A DNA stretch of 64,000 nt from Alphaproteobacteria bacterium (GCA_040905865.1 JBBDQU010000005.1:105368-169367); one strand, 5' to 3'; positions 8,626-18,019 are shown, counted from the first letter of the stretch. Numbers and translations: made by a program. The notes: a model not told the origin generated them from the letters alone.

Positions 8626-10162
8626 TGAAGCCGCGCCACGAGGCAATGCCAGGCTCGGTCCTTTTCAGGCGCTTGCCGTCCTTCACTTCGCCGACCCAGA
8701 CGAGGTCGCCGTCCACCGCTTTCAACCGGTAGGCATTGTCCGGCTTCATGCCGTCCGTGATGAATTTTCGCACCTGTCCGGCGAGCCGCTCGTTGCGCAC
8801 GGCCAGCGCTATTTCCGTGTTAAGGCGGATCGAACGGGGGTCGAGGTTGAATGAGCCGATCAGGACAAGCTCGCCATCGATGACGGCGGCTTTGGTATGG
8901 AGGTTGGCGGCGGAGGTGGGCTTCAGCCAGTTCCAGTCTCGCTTCACGAACTCGGCATGCGGCCGCATCTCGAAAATTTCAACGCCGCAGGCCACGAGGT
9001 CCTCGCGGTATTTCCGATACCCGGCATAGGCAGTCAGCACATCGTTCGACAGGAACGAGTTGGTCAGGACTCGTACCTTGATACCCTCGTCGACCAACCC
9101 GCAAAGCCATTCCAGCCCCTTTTCGCCGGGGATAAGATAGGCCATCTCAAGCAGCAGTTCGTGCTGCAGGCTCACGTCGAGCATCGCTTCCATTTTCGTC
9201 AGGACATGGGATCGTTTCGTTTTCGCCTTGTTCGGCCTGTCGGCCAGCAGACGCGCGCTCTCGGTCCAGATCAGGCGCTCGAAGCGGGCGTCGACAAGAT
9301 CGCGCGCGGCGTCGATATCCTGCACCAGGTCATAGGGAGTGTCGCCGAACGCCACCGCTTCCCGCAGGGTCGCCTGCAGGGCGGAGACCGCGCCGTCGCC
9401 GTTCCCGTCCTCGTCGATATAGGCGATGGGAATGCTCCACTCGCTGTTCCAGAACCTGTCGAACGTCCGCGACGCCTCGCGCACGATCGGACCGGCGACA
9501 TACAGGTCGAGGTCGCGGTAGTTCGACTGATCGTCCACGGAGAAGTAGCGGTCGCCCACGTTGCGGCCGCCGATGACGGCGACGCTGTTGTCGGCGATGA
9601 AGGCCTTGTTGTGCATCCGGTGCGTGATGCGCTGGAAGTCGAACAGGATGTCCAGCAGGCCGGCATCGCGGTTCTCGAACGGGTTAAAGATGCATATTTC
9701 GATGTTCGGATGAGCGCTGAGTTTCCGGAGTTCGTCATCCTCCCAGGCGATGTCCATGTCGTCCAGCAACAGGCGGACGCGGACGCCGCGGTCGGCGGCG
9801 GCGATCACTTCCGCCATGAGGAGCCTGCCGGTGCGGTTGGCGCGCCAGATGTAGTATTGCAGATCAAGCGTCTTCCTGGACAGGCGGACCAGGGCGACGA
9901 TTGCCTGGAAGGCATCCCTTCCGGAGGTGAGCAACTCGAATCCCGACGCTCCCTGGTTCATCCCGGAGGCCCTCGCCACGGATTTGCCGAGCGGGGTCGA
10001 TTCCGGCTGCTCAAGCGCGAAACTCTTAACGCGGGGGCCCGTTTCGGGGACCTCGGCGCCAGAACAGCCCGGCAGGCTCGCCATAGCGAACATGCCCAGC
10101 GCCAAACAGACACCTGTGGCCAGACGGTGGGACGTCCTTACCCTGTGGCAACGCTTTTTCAT
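8582..10162 (-). CDS. phospholipase D family protein (cardiolipin-synthase-like), probable lipoprotein
   Basis: Two HKD motifs (HRMHNKAFIADNSVAVIGGRNVGDRY and LHTKAAVIDGELVLIGSFNLDPRS). I prefer the ATG at 10162, which has an AGGA 5 nt upstream and gives MKKRCH...ASLPGCSG with a lipobox. The ORF track start is 10252. Confidence 0.88.
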   Translation of the reverse strand: MKKRCHRVRTSHRLATGVCLALGMFAMASLPGCSGAEVPETGPRVKSFALEQPESTPLGKSVARASGMNQGASGFELLTSGRDAFQAIVALVRLSRKTLDLQYYIWRANRTGRLLMAEVIAAADRGVRVRLLLDDMDIAWEDDELRKLSAHPNIEICIFNPFENRDAGLLDILFDFQRITHRMHNKAFIADNSVAVIGGRNVGDRYFSVDDQSNYRDLDLYVAGPIVREASRTFDRFWNSEWSIPIAYIDEDGNGDGAVSALQATLREAVAFGDTPYDLVQDIDAARDLVDARFERLIWTESARLLADRPNKAKTKRSHVLTKMEAMLDVSLQHELLLEMAYLIPGEKGLEWLCGLVDEGIKVRVLTNSFLSNDVLTAYAGYRKYREDLVACGVEIFEMRPHAEFVKRDWNWLKPTSAANLHTKAAVIDGELVLIGSFNLDPRSIRLNTEIALAVRNERLAGQVRKFITDGMKPDNAYRLKAVDGDLVWVGEVKDGKRLKRTEPGIASWRGFITILLSTLPNESQL

Positions 10163-10381
10163 GGAGTCCTGTCGGTTGTTGCTCAGTAAAAGCGCTTGGC
10201 CAACACATGAACGGTAAAAAGGACTCATTTGTTCCGAAGGGGCCGAAATCAATCGTGGCGATGTGCACAGCCCTTATGGCGGGTAAACGGGTGCAGCTGG
10301 TGCTTTCGCTGACAAAAGTGCAGGATCGTGGCAGGGTGCGGCGGGTGTTCGACGCGTATTATGTAGGGGGATAGAGGGCCG

Positions 10382-11248
10382 ATGACGAATCTCGTCAGTT
10401 ACAATATTCAATACGGAACCGGTAGGGACCGGCGTGTCGATATCGATCGCATCGTCGGCGAAATCGGCGATGCCGACATCGTCGCGATGCAGGAAGTCGA
10501 CCGCTTCTGGACCCGGTCAGGAATGTGCGATCAGGCTCAGGCAATCGCCGAACGGATGCCGGAACATCACTGGGTTTATGGGCCCGGTATCGATCTGGAC
10601 GCGAGCATTCGCGACGCCGATGGCCGATTGCACAACCGCCGCCGTCAGTTTGGCAACATGCTGCTCTCGCGCTATCCGATACTGTCGTCCCGCAACCATC
10701 TGCTGCCGAAACACGGTCTGGTCACGCAGGTCAGCATGCAGCGGGCGGCATTGGACGCGGTGATTGCATGTCCGGGCGGTCCGGTCCGGATTGCGTCGGT
10801 ACATCTCGCGCATTCCTCGCCGGCAGAGCGGCTGGCCCAGGTGCAGCGGCTGCGCGAGCTGCAGCGGGAAGCGGCTTATGACGGCGGCGTCCTCTCCGGG
10901 ACGGGACCCAACTGGCGCGAGGCAGGATTGCCGACGCCCATGCCGCGCGATTCCATCCTGCTGGGCGATTTCAACATGACCCCGGACGACCCCGCCTATA
11001 CGGCGATGGCGGGACCTGACGATCCGAATTACGGCCGTGTCACGACGTTTGACGGCTATCTGGACGCCTGGTTGCACGCCGGCGGCGCGCCCGATGGCGG
11101 ACACACCAGGTTCGAGGAAACCCGGATCCGCCGCATCGACTATGCCTTTGTCAGCCCCGGCCTTGCGGACCGCGTCCGCGGCGTTCGCGTGGATGAGGTG
11201 GCGGACGGCTCAGACCATCAGCCGCTCTGGCTGGATATCGACCTTTGA
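10382..11248 (+). CDS. endonuclease/exonuclease/phosphatase (EEP) family protein, YbhP-like
   Basis: N-terminal SYNIQYG and MQEV motifs. C-terminal GSDHQPLWLDI is typical of the EEP fold. Confidence 0.85.
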   Translation: MTNLVSYNIQYGTGRDRRVDIDRIVGEIGDADIVAMQEVDRFWTRSGMCDQAQAIAERMPEHHWVYGPGIDLDASIRDADGRLHNRRRQFGNMLLSRYPILSSRNHLLPKHGLVTQVSMQRAALDAVIACPGGPVRIASVHLAHSSPAERLAQVQRLRELQREAAYDGGVLSGTGPNWREAGLPTPMPRDSILLGDFNMTPDDPAYTAMAGPDDPNYGRVTTFDGYLDAWLHAGGAPDGGHTRFEETRIRRIDYAFVSPGLADRVRGVRVDEVADGSDHQPLWLDIDL

Positions 11249-11303
11249 ACTGATGCAAATACGCGCGACGCGGCGCGGTATCGAATTCGACGCTGCGGAC
11301 GAT

Positions 11304-12881
11304 TTATCGCTTCCAGATATTCCGGACGTCGCACGTCGCCGGGCCCGCATAGTCCAGTGGACCCAGATCGGGCGAGGCCGTTTTTCGCTTCCTGGCGCAA
11401 AAGTCGACGCCCGGTTCTTTCAGGGGTATCCCGCGTCCGATGACCGCATCCTTCTCGATCAGGTCAAAATTCGCGTTGATGGGGTCGGCGAATAATGCGG
11501 AAATACCTGTGCTCCCGAAAATACCGCCGCCAGGCGTCAGGTTGTTCTCCGCCGTCGATTGGCCGCCGTCGCGCTCCCTGATGCGTCCATCGATAATGTT
11601 GTTGGCAAGATAGGCGGAGGAGGTAGGAAACCGGACATCCACGCCCACTGTGTTATAAATGCCGTTGTGGACGATTGTCGTGTCCTTGCTGCGGTTCAGG
11701 TAAATTCCGACATCCTTTGGACAATTCATGATGACATTGTTCCGAATGACGCCGCCGGTATGTTCGGTTTCGCAACTGAAGTCCCGGCAGTAATTTTTTC
11801 CGGTCCCGCCGCCGCCGAAGGACAGGCCAAGCCGGATCCCGTCCCAGCTCTCCAGGTTCATGTGGCAGATAACCGCGTTATTCTCAAAGACGCCGTTTTT
11901 CCCGTTTGCCTTCATGAAGGCGGCATAGCTGATCTGATCGCCGCGCCCCTTCTCAAAATCGGCGATCAGGTTTGCGCGAACCACCCAATCGTTGCCGCCG
12001 TTGATATTCAGCTTGGTGACCGGGTTTCCGGTTTCCCGGACGCCGCGATCGGCGACCGTGTTGCCTTCGACCAGTCCGAAATCGGGAAAATCGCTGTGGC
12101 GCTTCCCGTTCAGGCCATAGACAGGGCCGTTATTGACCTTTAACTGTGCATTGAAATCGTAGAGGCGGTTGTTGCGGATTACCACCGAATCCGCCTTGCC
12201 CACAACATGAAGCCCGTGTTCGCACCAGGTGTGCTGCGTACAGATGCCTTCGATCTGCAGGTTTTCGAATATCCAGTAAGGCGCCTCGACAATGAATCCT
12301 TCCGACATGTCGAAGCGCAGTGTAACGGTACCCAGCGTTTCGGCGCGGACGGCAATCGGCGCATCGGGTCTGCCCGGCGTTTTCGCGGGAATGCCGCGGC
12401 CTTTGAATGTGTATATACCAGGTTTCAGGGTTATGGCGTCTCCCGGTTGCGCATTACTGACCGCATTCAAAATTGATTCGGTCGTGTCGACGGAGACGAT
12501 ACGCTCCGGAAATCCGCCGGCGACAGTCGTGGGCTTTATGCCCAGGGCAATGTCCGCTTCGGAGACGGGTTTGCCTGACGCGCCGTATGCCGGTCGCCAG
12601 GCCGGGCGGTGAACCGACGCGCCGGGACCACGCCATTCTTCCAGGCCGGGCAGTTTTATGAGCGCAAAACTTTTCGGTGCCTCCTCTTTCACCAGGGATT
12701 CCGCCATGGAACCAAGCGAATGGTTCACGGATTTCAGCTTTCCGGCGGCTATCGCGAATATCTGGCGCGGCGACTTACCGATACGGTCATAAGCGATGAG
12801 TGCGCCCATGCCGACAACGATGTGGCCTGCAATGAACAGAAAAACCAGATACGCCCTGAACAACTGTTTCAGAATTTTCAT
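11304..12881 (-). CDS. membrane-anchored right-handed parallel beta-helix repeat protein (polysaccharide lyase/epimerase-like)
   Basis: N-terminal TM helix (AYLVFLFIAGHIVVGMGALIAY), then PGDAITLKPGIYTF and repeated N/G-rich beta-helix turns (IRNN, VEGN, IRNNVIMN, LANNIIDG). Confidence 0.75.
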   Translation of the reverse strand: MKILKQLFRAYLVFLFIAGHIVVGMGALIAYDRIGKSPRQIFAIAAGKLKSVNHSLGSMAESLVKEEAPKSFALIKLPGLEEWRGPGASVHRPAWRPAYGASGKPVSEADIALGIKPTTVAGGFPERIVSVDTTESILNAVSNAQPGDAITLKPGIYTFKGRGIPAKTPGRPDAPIAVRAETLGTVTLRFDMSEGFIVEAPYWIFENLQIEGICTQHTWCEHGLHVVGKADSVVIRNNRLYDFNAQLKVNNGPVYGLNGKRHSDFPDFGLVEGNTVADRGVRETGNPVTKLNINGGNDWVVRANLIADFEKGRGDQISYAAFMKANGKNGVFENNAVICHMNLESWDGIRLGLSFGGGGTGKNYCRDFSCETEHTGGVIRNNVIMNCPKDVGIYLNRSKDTTIVHNGIYNTVGVDVRFPTSSAYLANNIIDGRIRERDGGQSTAENNLTPGGGIFGSTGISALFADPINANFDLIEKDAVIGRGIPLKEPGVDFCARKRKTASPDLGPLDYAGPATCDVRNIWKR

Positions 12882-12968
12882 GTCATCGCGCCATTCCTGT
12901 TCCGGTCAATTTACACAAACTGTTGTGACAAAAACAGGTCGACCGCTAAAACCGGTACCGGTCGGAGT

Positions 12969-14141
12969 TCAGTTCTTGTTGCGGCGCAGGTCCTCCGGAT
13001 CGTCCCACATCAGAAATTCCGGCAACCGGTCAAGGCTGGTGCAACCCATCTGCCGCATATTTGTCTCGATCTCGTTGCGAAGGATTCCGATCACATGGCT
13101 GGCGCCTGCCTGGCCCGCGGCGGCGGCGCCGTACAGCGTGGGACGGCCCATGAAGATGAACTGAACGCCCAGCGCAAAGGCGGTCACGATATCCGCGCCG
13201 CGCCGGATGCCGCCATCCATCATCAGTGTCATGCGGTCGCCGACCTCGGCCTGTATCGCCGGCAGGACGTCCAGCGGGGCAGGGGCCCGGTCCAGCTGCC
13301 GTGCGCCGTGGTTGGAGATCATGATACCGTCGACGCCAAGCTCCGCCGCGCGCAACGCGTCCTGGGGATGCATGATGCCCTTGAGGACAAATTTTCGGGG
13401 CCAGAGCTTGCGAAAACGCTCGATATCGCTCCAGGTGAGCGTGGCTGCGGTCTGCTGGGTTACGAAAGTGGCGATATCGTCGGCTGTGGCGCCCTTGGGC
13501 GCGTATTTCGCCCAGTTGGATATCAGCGGCGTCCCGTTCTTCAGATACCGGATCAGCCAGCCAGGATGACATAATGCGTCAAGGCGCGTCGCCATGGTCA
13601 GCTTCAGGGGCCGGGTAAAACCGTTTCGGATGTTGCGTTCGCGCCGGGGACGTACCGGAACGTCAACCGTAATGACCAGCGTCGACAGGCCGGCCGCGTC
13701 CGCGCGCCGGATCATGTCCTCCGAGATCGATTTGTCCTTGGCGGTATACATCTGGTACCAGCCATGATCCGGCGCGACTTCCGCCAGTTCCTCGATGGAC
13801 GCCGTGCTGGCGCCGGACATGATGAAGGGGATATTCGCGTCCCGCGCGGCCGCGGCAAGCATCAGATCCGCGCCCGGGCGGAACAGGGCGGCGGCGCCGG
13901 TTGGCGAGATGCCGAAGGGGCTGTCATATTCCCGCCCGAACAGGGTGGTCTTCTGATCGATGTCGCTGACATCGACCATGTATCGCGGGACCAGATTATG
14001 CTGCCGGTAGGCGCTTTCATTCCGGTCCAGGCCATGTTCGTCCTCGACCCCGCCTTCGATGAAATCGAACGCGATCTTGGGCAGCCGCTTCTTGGCCAGT
14101 TGATGCATGTCTTCGACGTTTATGATCCGGTCAAGTCCCAT
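12969..14141 (-). CDS. FMN-dependent alpha-hydroxy acid dehydrogenase/oxidase (L-lactate/mandelate/glycolate oxidase family)
   Basis: 390 aa. N-terminus ...LAKKRLPKIAFDFIEGGVEDEHGLDRN... and C-terminal SNHGARQLD and DGGIRRGADI motifs. Confidence 0.9.
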   Translation of the reverse strand: MGLDRIINVEDMHQLAKKRLPKIAFDFIEGGVEDEHGLDRNESAYRQHNLVPRYMVDVSDIDQKTTLFGREYDSPFGISPTGAAALFRPGADLMLAAAARDANIPFIMSGASTASIEELAEVAPDHGWYQMYTAKDKSISEDMIRRADAAGLSTLVITVDVPVRPRRERNIRNGFTRPLKLTMATRLDALCHPGWLIRYLKNGTPLISNWAKYAPKGATADDIATFVTQQTAATLTWSDIERFRKLWPRKFVLKGIMHPQDALRAAELGVDGIMISNHGARQLDRAPAPLDVLPAIQAEVGDRMTLMMDGGIRRGADIVTAFALGVQFIFMGRPTLYGAAAAGQAGASHVIGILRNEIETNMRQMGCTSLDRLPEFLMWDDPEDLRRNKN

Positions 14142-14333
14142 TTTTTCTGCCTATTCCCCAAATTGCGCACTGCAGTATGCCGTCCGGTCACTGATCTCAT
14201 CCGGAACAGGGTCGTGATACGGTAACAGTCGGGTGCGATTGTCATGCCTGAAGTTGGACGGCAAGAGCCTATCCGCTGGAAAAATTGATGGCAAGCGGGC
14301 CAATTCAGGCCGCAAGCCGCGCCTCGTGACGGT

Positions 14334-14657
14334 TCACTGTGTCGTTGACAGCGAAGTCGGCAGGATGCGCTTCACGACGATCCCGGAACGGTCCATCAAG
14401 GTCGGGACCTGCGGAGAGATTTCAGTCTTCCAGTAGTCGCTTTCGTAAACGGCGGCATACAGCCGGACCCGCTCTTCTTCGCTTTCGAAGCGGCGCATCC
14501 AGATATAGACGGTCTCGTCTTCCTCGTGGCGGAAGCTGCCGGTGATCACCATGCCCTTGGATACCTGAAAGGGAATTATTTTCCCCTCCATGAGCTTTAG
14601 CCAGTCATCCATCTTCCCGGGCAGGATCTTGTATTGCCGTAATTCGTAGAAAGCCAT
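14334..14657 (-). CDS. NIPSNAP family protein
   Basis: MAFYELRQYKILPGKMDDWLKLME... (107 aa). The start ATG at 14657 was verified on the sequence. The 242-aa ORF in the track is a non-protein-like 5' extension. Confidence 0.8.
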   Translation of the reverse strand: MAFYELRQYKILPGKMDDWLKLMEGKIIPFQVSKGMVITGSFRHEEDETVYIWMRRFESEEERVRLYAAVYESDYWKTEISPQVPTLMDRSGIVVKRILPTSLSTTQ

Positions 14658-14712
14658 GCTGTTGTTCCCCCTTTGGCAATCGTTCTCGGTGTAGGCGGAG
14701 TATAACGGGCTC

Positions 14713-15136
14713 TCAGCGATAGAAATGCAATGTTTTCCTCCGGATCGGTTCGAAATTGAATTTCGTGCCGAGACCGGGGCCTGCGGATAATCCATCAGTC
14801 CCGACGGTGATCGTCTCGACCTTACCGCCACGCTTTGCAGGCTCGACGTCGGTCGAACGGGACGAAACAAAAGGTTTTCGCCAGGTTGATCGGCGTCTGG
14901 ACCAGCGGCATGATGGTAGAAGGGATCCCTATGGGAAATGCCAGGGGAAAGGACATGCCGTGCCGAACCGGATTCGCATCGAAGATCATATCGCCTTGCG
15001 CCCGATGGGCGGTATTGAGAACGCCGGTGTGGTAGCTGCCGGCACCCGGGCTGGCGCTGCATGGAAAAAGCGCTGGTATGCGGTCATCGGATTTTGGGGC
15101 AGCCGTCCCGGAAAAACATCCTGAGCGCCATATCAT
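14713..15136 (-). pseudogene. possible frameshifted remnant of an unknown gene
   Basis: ORF 14822-15136 has G/C-dominated third codon positions by eye (..GSYHTGVLNTAHRAQGDMIFDANPVRHGMSFPLAFPIGIPSTIMPLVQTPINLAKTF). A second frame continues with coding-like bias (..GGKVETITVGTDGLSAGPGLGTKFNFEPIRRK..) to a TGA at 14713-14715. I recognise no family. Confidence 0.3.
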
Positions 15137-15345
15137 CTATCTTCATTGAGAAAATTTTTCCGATCCAACTGTAACGGAATAAGGAGTGGTGAAAAATAAG
15201 GAACGGGATGGAGTTGTCAGAAAAAAGATGCGGATTTTTGAATTTTTTACTTGATCTACTTTGCCTGCTTCGATTCTACTCTTATATAAATGTAGTCGGA
15301 TGAGTTATTGATGAACCTGATAACTGAAACTTGAGGGGCAGTGAA

Positions 15346-15489
15346 ATGCACCACGGCGCATCCGTCCTCGACAATGCCAGGGAAAGCGGCGATCGCTGGT
15401 CGATATTTCGGTCCTCCCTATTCGTAATATTATGCGCTGCTGTCTGCTGGGTCCTTATCGGCGCCATATTTTACGCGGTCATTTACTGA
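15346..15489 (+). CDS. candidate 47-aa small membrane protein
   Basis: ATG preceded by GAGGGG. Product MHHGASVLDNARESGDRWSIFRSSLFVILCAAVCWVLIGAIFYAVIY has one clear hydrophobic helix. It lies at the edge of an AT-rich island and is below the ORF-track length cutoff. Confidence 0.3.
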   Translation: MHHGASVLDNARESGDRWSIFRSSLFVILCAAVCWVLIGAIFYAVIY

Positions 15490-15528
15490 TCAACCCGGTT
15501 TCCGAAATTATTCTGATCGCGGGTTCGG

Positions 15529-15957
15529 TCATGCGCCTTGTGGCGAACCCGGGTCGAGTTTGTAACTGACGATCCCGTGCGCTATCGCCGTTGCGTTCGA
15601 GTCGGTGACGCTGATTTCCAGGAAAACCATGCTTCGGCCGCGCCGTGTCACGCGCGCGGCGGCGCGCAACATGTCTCCCTGCGGACTGGCCTGATAATTG
15701 ATGCTGATCGACACGGTGGTGCCGCGCGCGTTGGGGCCGAGTTCGGGACAGGCCCAGGCGGCGCCGGTGGCGGCGGTATCGATCAGGGCGGCAATCGCAC
15801 CGCCATGCACGCGCTGGCGGGCGTTGAGCGCCGTGCCATCGGTAGGCATTTGCAGGATACACCGGTCATCCCCGGCGTCTTCCAGCACCATACGAAGGCT
15901 GGCGCCCAGGTTGCCGCCGATAATGTGGCGGATTTTCGTCAGAACTGATTCGTCCAT
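15529..15957 (-). CDS. PaaI-family (hotdog fold) thioesterase
   Basis: 142 aa with ...NARQRVHGGAIAALIDTAATGAAWA..., characteristic of PaaI/4HBT thioesterases. Confidence 0.85.
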   Translation of the reverse strand: MDESVLTKIRHIIGGNLGASLRMVLEDAGDDRCILQMPTDGTALNARQRVHGGAIAALIDTAATGAAWACPELGPNARGTTVSISINYQASPQGDMLRAAARVTRRGRSMVFLEISVTDSNATAIAHGIVSYKLDPGSPQGA

Positions 15958-16005
15958 CGGGTCTCGTCTTTCTGTCTGTGTTTCGGTGAAACGGCGGTAA
16001 GTGCC

Positions 16006-16917
16006 TCAGGGGGTGAGAGCGGATTGTGCAACCAGCCAGTTCTGGCCAACCCGGATGATCCGCGCAATATAGTCCTCCCGGCTATCCGTTCCGCGCATCA
16101 CGTTGGCAATCGTCATTGGTTCGGGTAGCAGCGTTTCCAGCGCGGATCGCGTGGTTACGGGGATCGCTGTGTCGTTATCGGTGTTGATGACCAGGAAAGG
16201 GCCGGAGATTTCGGGCAGATGCGTTGCCGGGTTGAGGGGGCGGAGCACCTGTCCCGCCAGCCAGGCCATTCCGCCGCCGAGATCCGCGCTGGCGAGCGCT
16301 TCGATATCCGCGCCGCCGTTGATGAAGATCGAAGCCTTCACCGGTTGCCCGGTGGCGGCGGCGCGTCGCCGGATCGCGGGCAGTATGGCCGCACCCAGGC
16401 CGTATCCCGCCAGGTTGATGCGCTTTCTGTCCGCCCATTCCTGACGTCCAATCCAGGCCAGGAGGGCGGAAACCTCCTCCGGCATACGGTATATCACGCG
16501 ACGGGTCTGCCAGAGATTGAACAGGGAAAGCGTTTCGAGCCGCATCTCCGGATCGAAGGGGGGATGGTAGGAGACGATGACATTCTGCCCGGGATGCGTG
16601 ATATGCTGAATTGGATCCGGCGCACCGGGAAATCCCGTCACGACGACCAGGACCGGCAACGGGTTGAGGGGCAGTTTCGTTGGCTGACTGACCCGGAAAG
16701 AGATGGTTTCGCCGTCTGGACCTACCAACCGGATAGCGCGGACCGTGCGGTCGCCGGTAATTTCCGGGCTGGACGTTGCCGCGCCCTGACGGTACAGCGG
16801 CAGCGGATCGCGCAACAGCGCATCGGGACTCCAGATCGCGAGCCAGATAGAAACGGCGACGCCCGCCAGGACGGCGCCCAGCAGGAACAGGATTTCGAAA
16901 GGTCGGACGAGGCGCAT
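16006..16917 (-). CDS. membrane-anchored alpha/beta-fold-like hypothetical protein
   Basis: I prefer the start at ATG 16917 (MRLVRPFEILFLLGAVLAGVAVSIWLAIW, an N-terminal TM helix). The nucleophile-elbow position reads GYGLG, with Gly where Ser is expected, so hydrolase activity is doubtful. Confidence 0.6.
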   Translation of the reverse strand: MRLVRPFEILFLLGAVLAGVAVSIWLAIWSPDALLRDPLPLYRQGAATSSPEITGDRTVRAIRLVGPDGETISFRVSQPTKLPLNPLPVLVVVTGFPGAPDPIQHITHPGQNVIVSYHPPFDPEMRLETLSLFNLWQTRRVIYRMPEEVSALLAWIGRQEWADRKRINLAGYGLGAAILPAIRRRAAATGQPVKASIFINGGADIEALASADLGGGMAWLAGQVLRPLNPATHLPEISGPFLVINTDNDTAIPVTTRSALETLLPEPMTIANVMRGTDSREDYIARIIRVGQNWLVAQSALTP

Positions 16918-16938
16918 GGTTGGCGAGTATATCAGGTT

Positions 16939-17017
16939 ATAGCACATCAGGTTTAAAGGGAACTGCACCAGGTTCCCTTTAAACCTGTGAAGGTGCTATG
17001 TCTTCAATTAGATAGAT
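16939..17017 (+). repeat. long hairpin repeat, family 2, copy A
   Basis: Outer stem ATAGCAC/GTGCTAT. Perfect 15-bp inner stem AGGTTTAAAGGGAAC/GTTCCCTTTAAACCT with 8-nt loop, then tail ..AGATAGAT. A second copy lies at 54814-54890. Confidence 0.8.
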
Positions 17018-17025
17018 CAGATTCA

Positions 17026-17080
17026 CATGGTTTTCTGGATCGCCAAAGGCGATTCCAGCAACCCATGATCTGATCTATGC
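17026..17080 (+). repeat. short structured repeat, family 1, copy 2
   Basis: CATGGTTTTCTGGATCGCCAAAGGCGATTCCAGCAACCCATGATCTGATCTATGC. It directly follows family 2 copy A and ends 18 nt before the next ATG. Confidence 0.75.
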
Positions 17081-17098
17081 GGGCTGCGGAGTAGCGGG

Positions 17099-17854
17099 AT
17101 GTCGGGAACGGATAGAACTATCGTGCCGGGAACCGGTGGACCCTCGGTCATTCTGGTCGAATCCCAGCTTGGCGAGAATATCGGCATGTGCGCGCGGGCC
17201 ATGCTGAACAACGGATTGGGCGACTTGCGGCTGGTCCAGCCGCGCGACGGCTGGCCCAACCCGCGCGCCAAAAGCGCGGCATCGGGCGCCGACATGGTGC
17301 TGGAATCGGCCCGCGTTTATGAGACGACTCCGGCCGCCATCGCGGACCTGACCCATGTCTACGCCGCCTCGGCACGGCCGCGCGACATGATCAAGCCGGT
17401 CCTGACGCCGCGCCGCGCCGTTGCCGATATGCGCCGCATCCTGGCCGAGGGCGGTACGGTGGGCATCATGTATGGCGGCGAACGGGCAGGGCTCAGCAAT
17501 GACGATATCGCCTGCGCCGACACGGTCGTGCAGATTCCGCTCAATCCGGGCTTCAGTTCGCTCAATCTCAGTCATGCGGTCGCGGTGATTTCCTATGAAT
17601 GGTTCCAGTCCGCCGATGAAACCACGCCCGCCGTCCTGCCCGCCGGGCGCACGCAGCCCGCGACCAAGGGAGAACTGATCAATTTTTTCACTCGTCTCGA
17701 AGCCGCGCTGGATGAGTGCGGATTTTTTCATGTGGCGGAAAAGCGGGCGATAATGGTGCGCCAGATTCGCAATATCTTCCAGCGCGCGGGTTTGATGGAA
17801 CAGGAGGTCAAGACACTGCATGGCATCCTGTCCTGCCTGATCCGGCGCCCGTAA
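17099..17854 (+). CDS. TrmH/SpoU-family RNA 2'-O-methyltransferase (TrmJ-like)
   Basis: VILVESQLGENIGMCARAMLNNGLGDLRLVQP and ..IPLNPGFSSLNLSHAVAVISYEW (SpoU motifs). Confidence 0.85.
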   Translation: MSGTDRTIVPGTGGPSVILVESQLGENIGMCARAMLNNGLGDLRLVQPRDGWPNPRAKSAASGADMVLESARVYETTPAAIADLTHVYAASARPRDMIKPVLTPRRAVADMRRILAEGGTVGIMYGGERAGLSNDDIACADTVVQIPLNPGFSSLNLSHAVAVISYEWFQSADETTPAVLPAGRTQPATKGELINFFTRLEAALDECGFFHVAEKRAIMVRQIRNIFQRAGLMEQEVKTLHGILSCLIRRP

Positions 17855-17898
17855 AGGTAAAAGCCGCGCAAACCGGCCGTTTTCGCGCCATTTGGCGT

Positions 17899-17926
17899 TT
17901 GACATCGGGTCGCGAAACCATATACT
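17899..17926 (+). promoter_or_regulatory. sigma70-type promoter candidate for rpsD
   Basis: TTGACA (17899-17904), a 16-nt spacer, then TATACT (17921-17926), about 95 nt upstream of the rpsD ATG. Confidence 0.55.
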
Positions 17927-18019
17927 CCCGCCCGCTTCTGGGATTGCGGGCGCGGTGCGTCCCTCCGTTCGACGGGTACCGGAACAACAACAACACCGTA
18001 AACAACGGGATATATGGAA

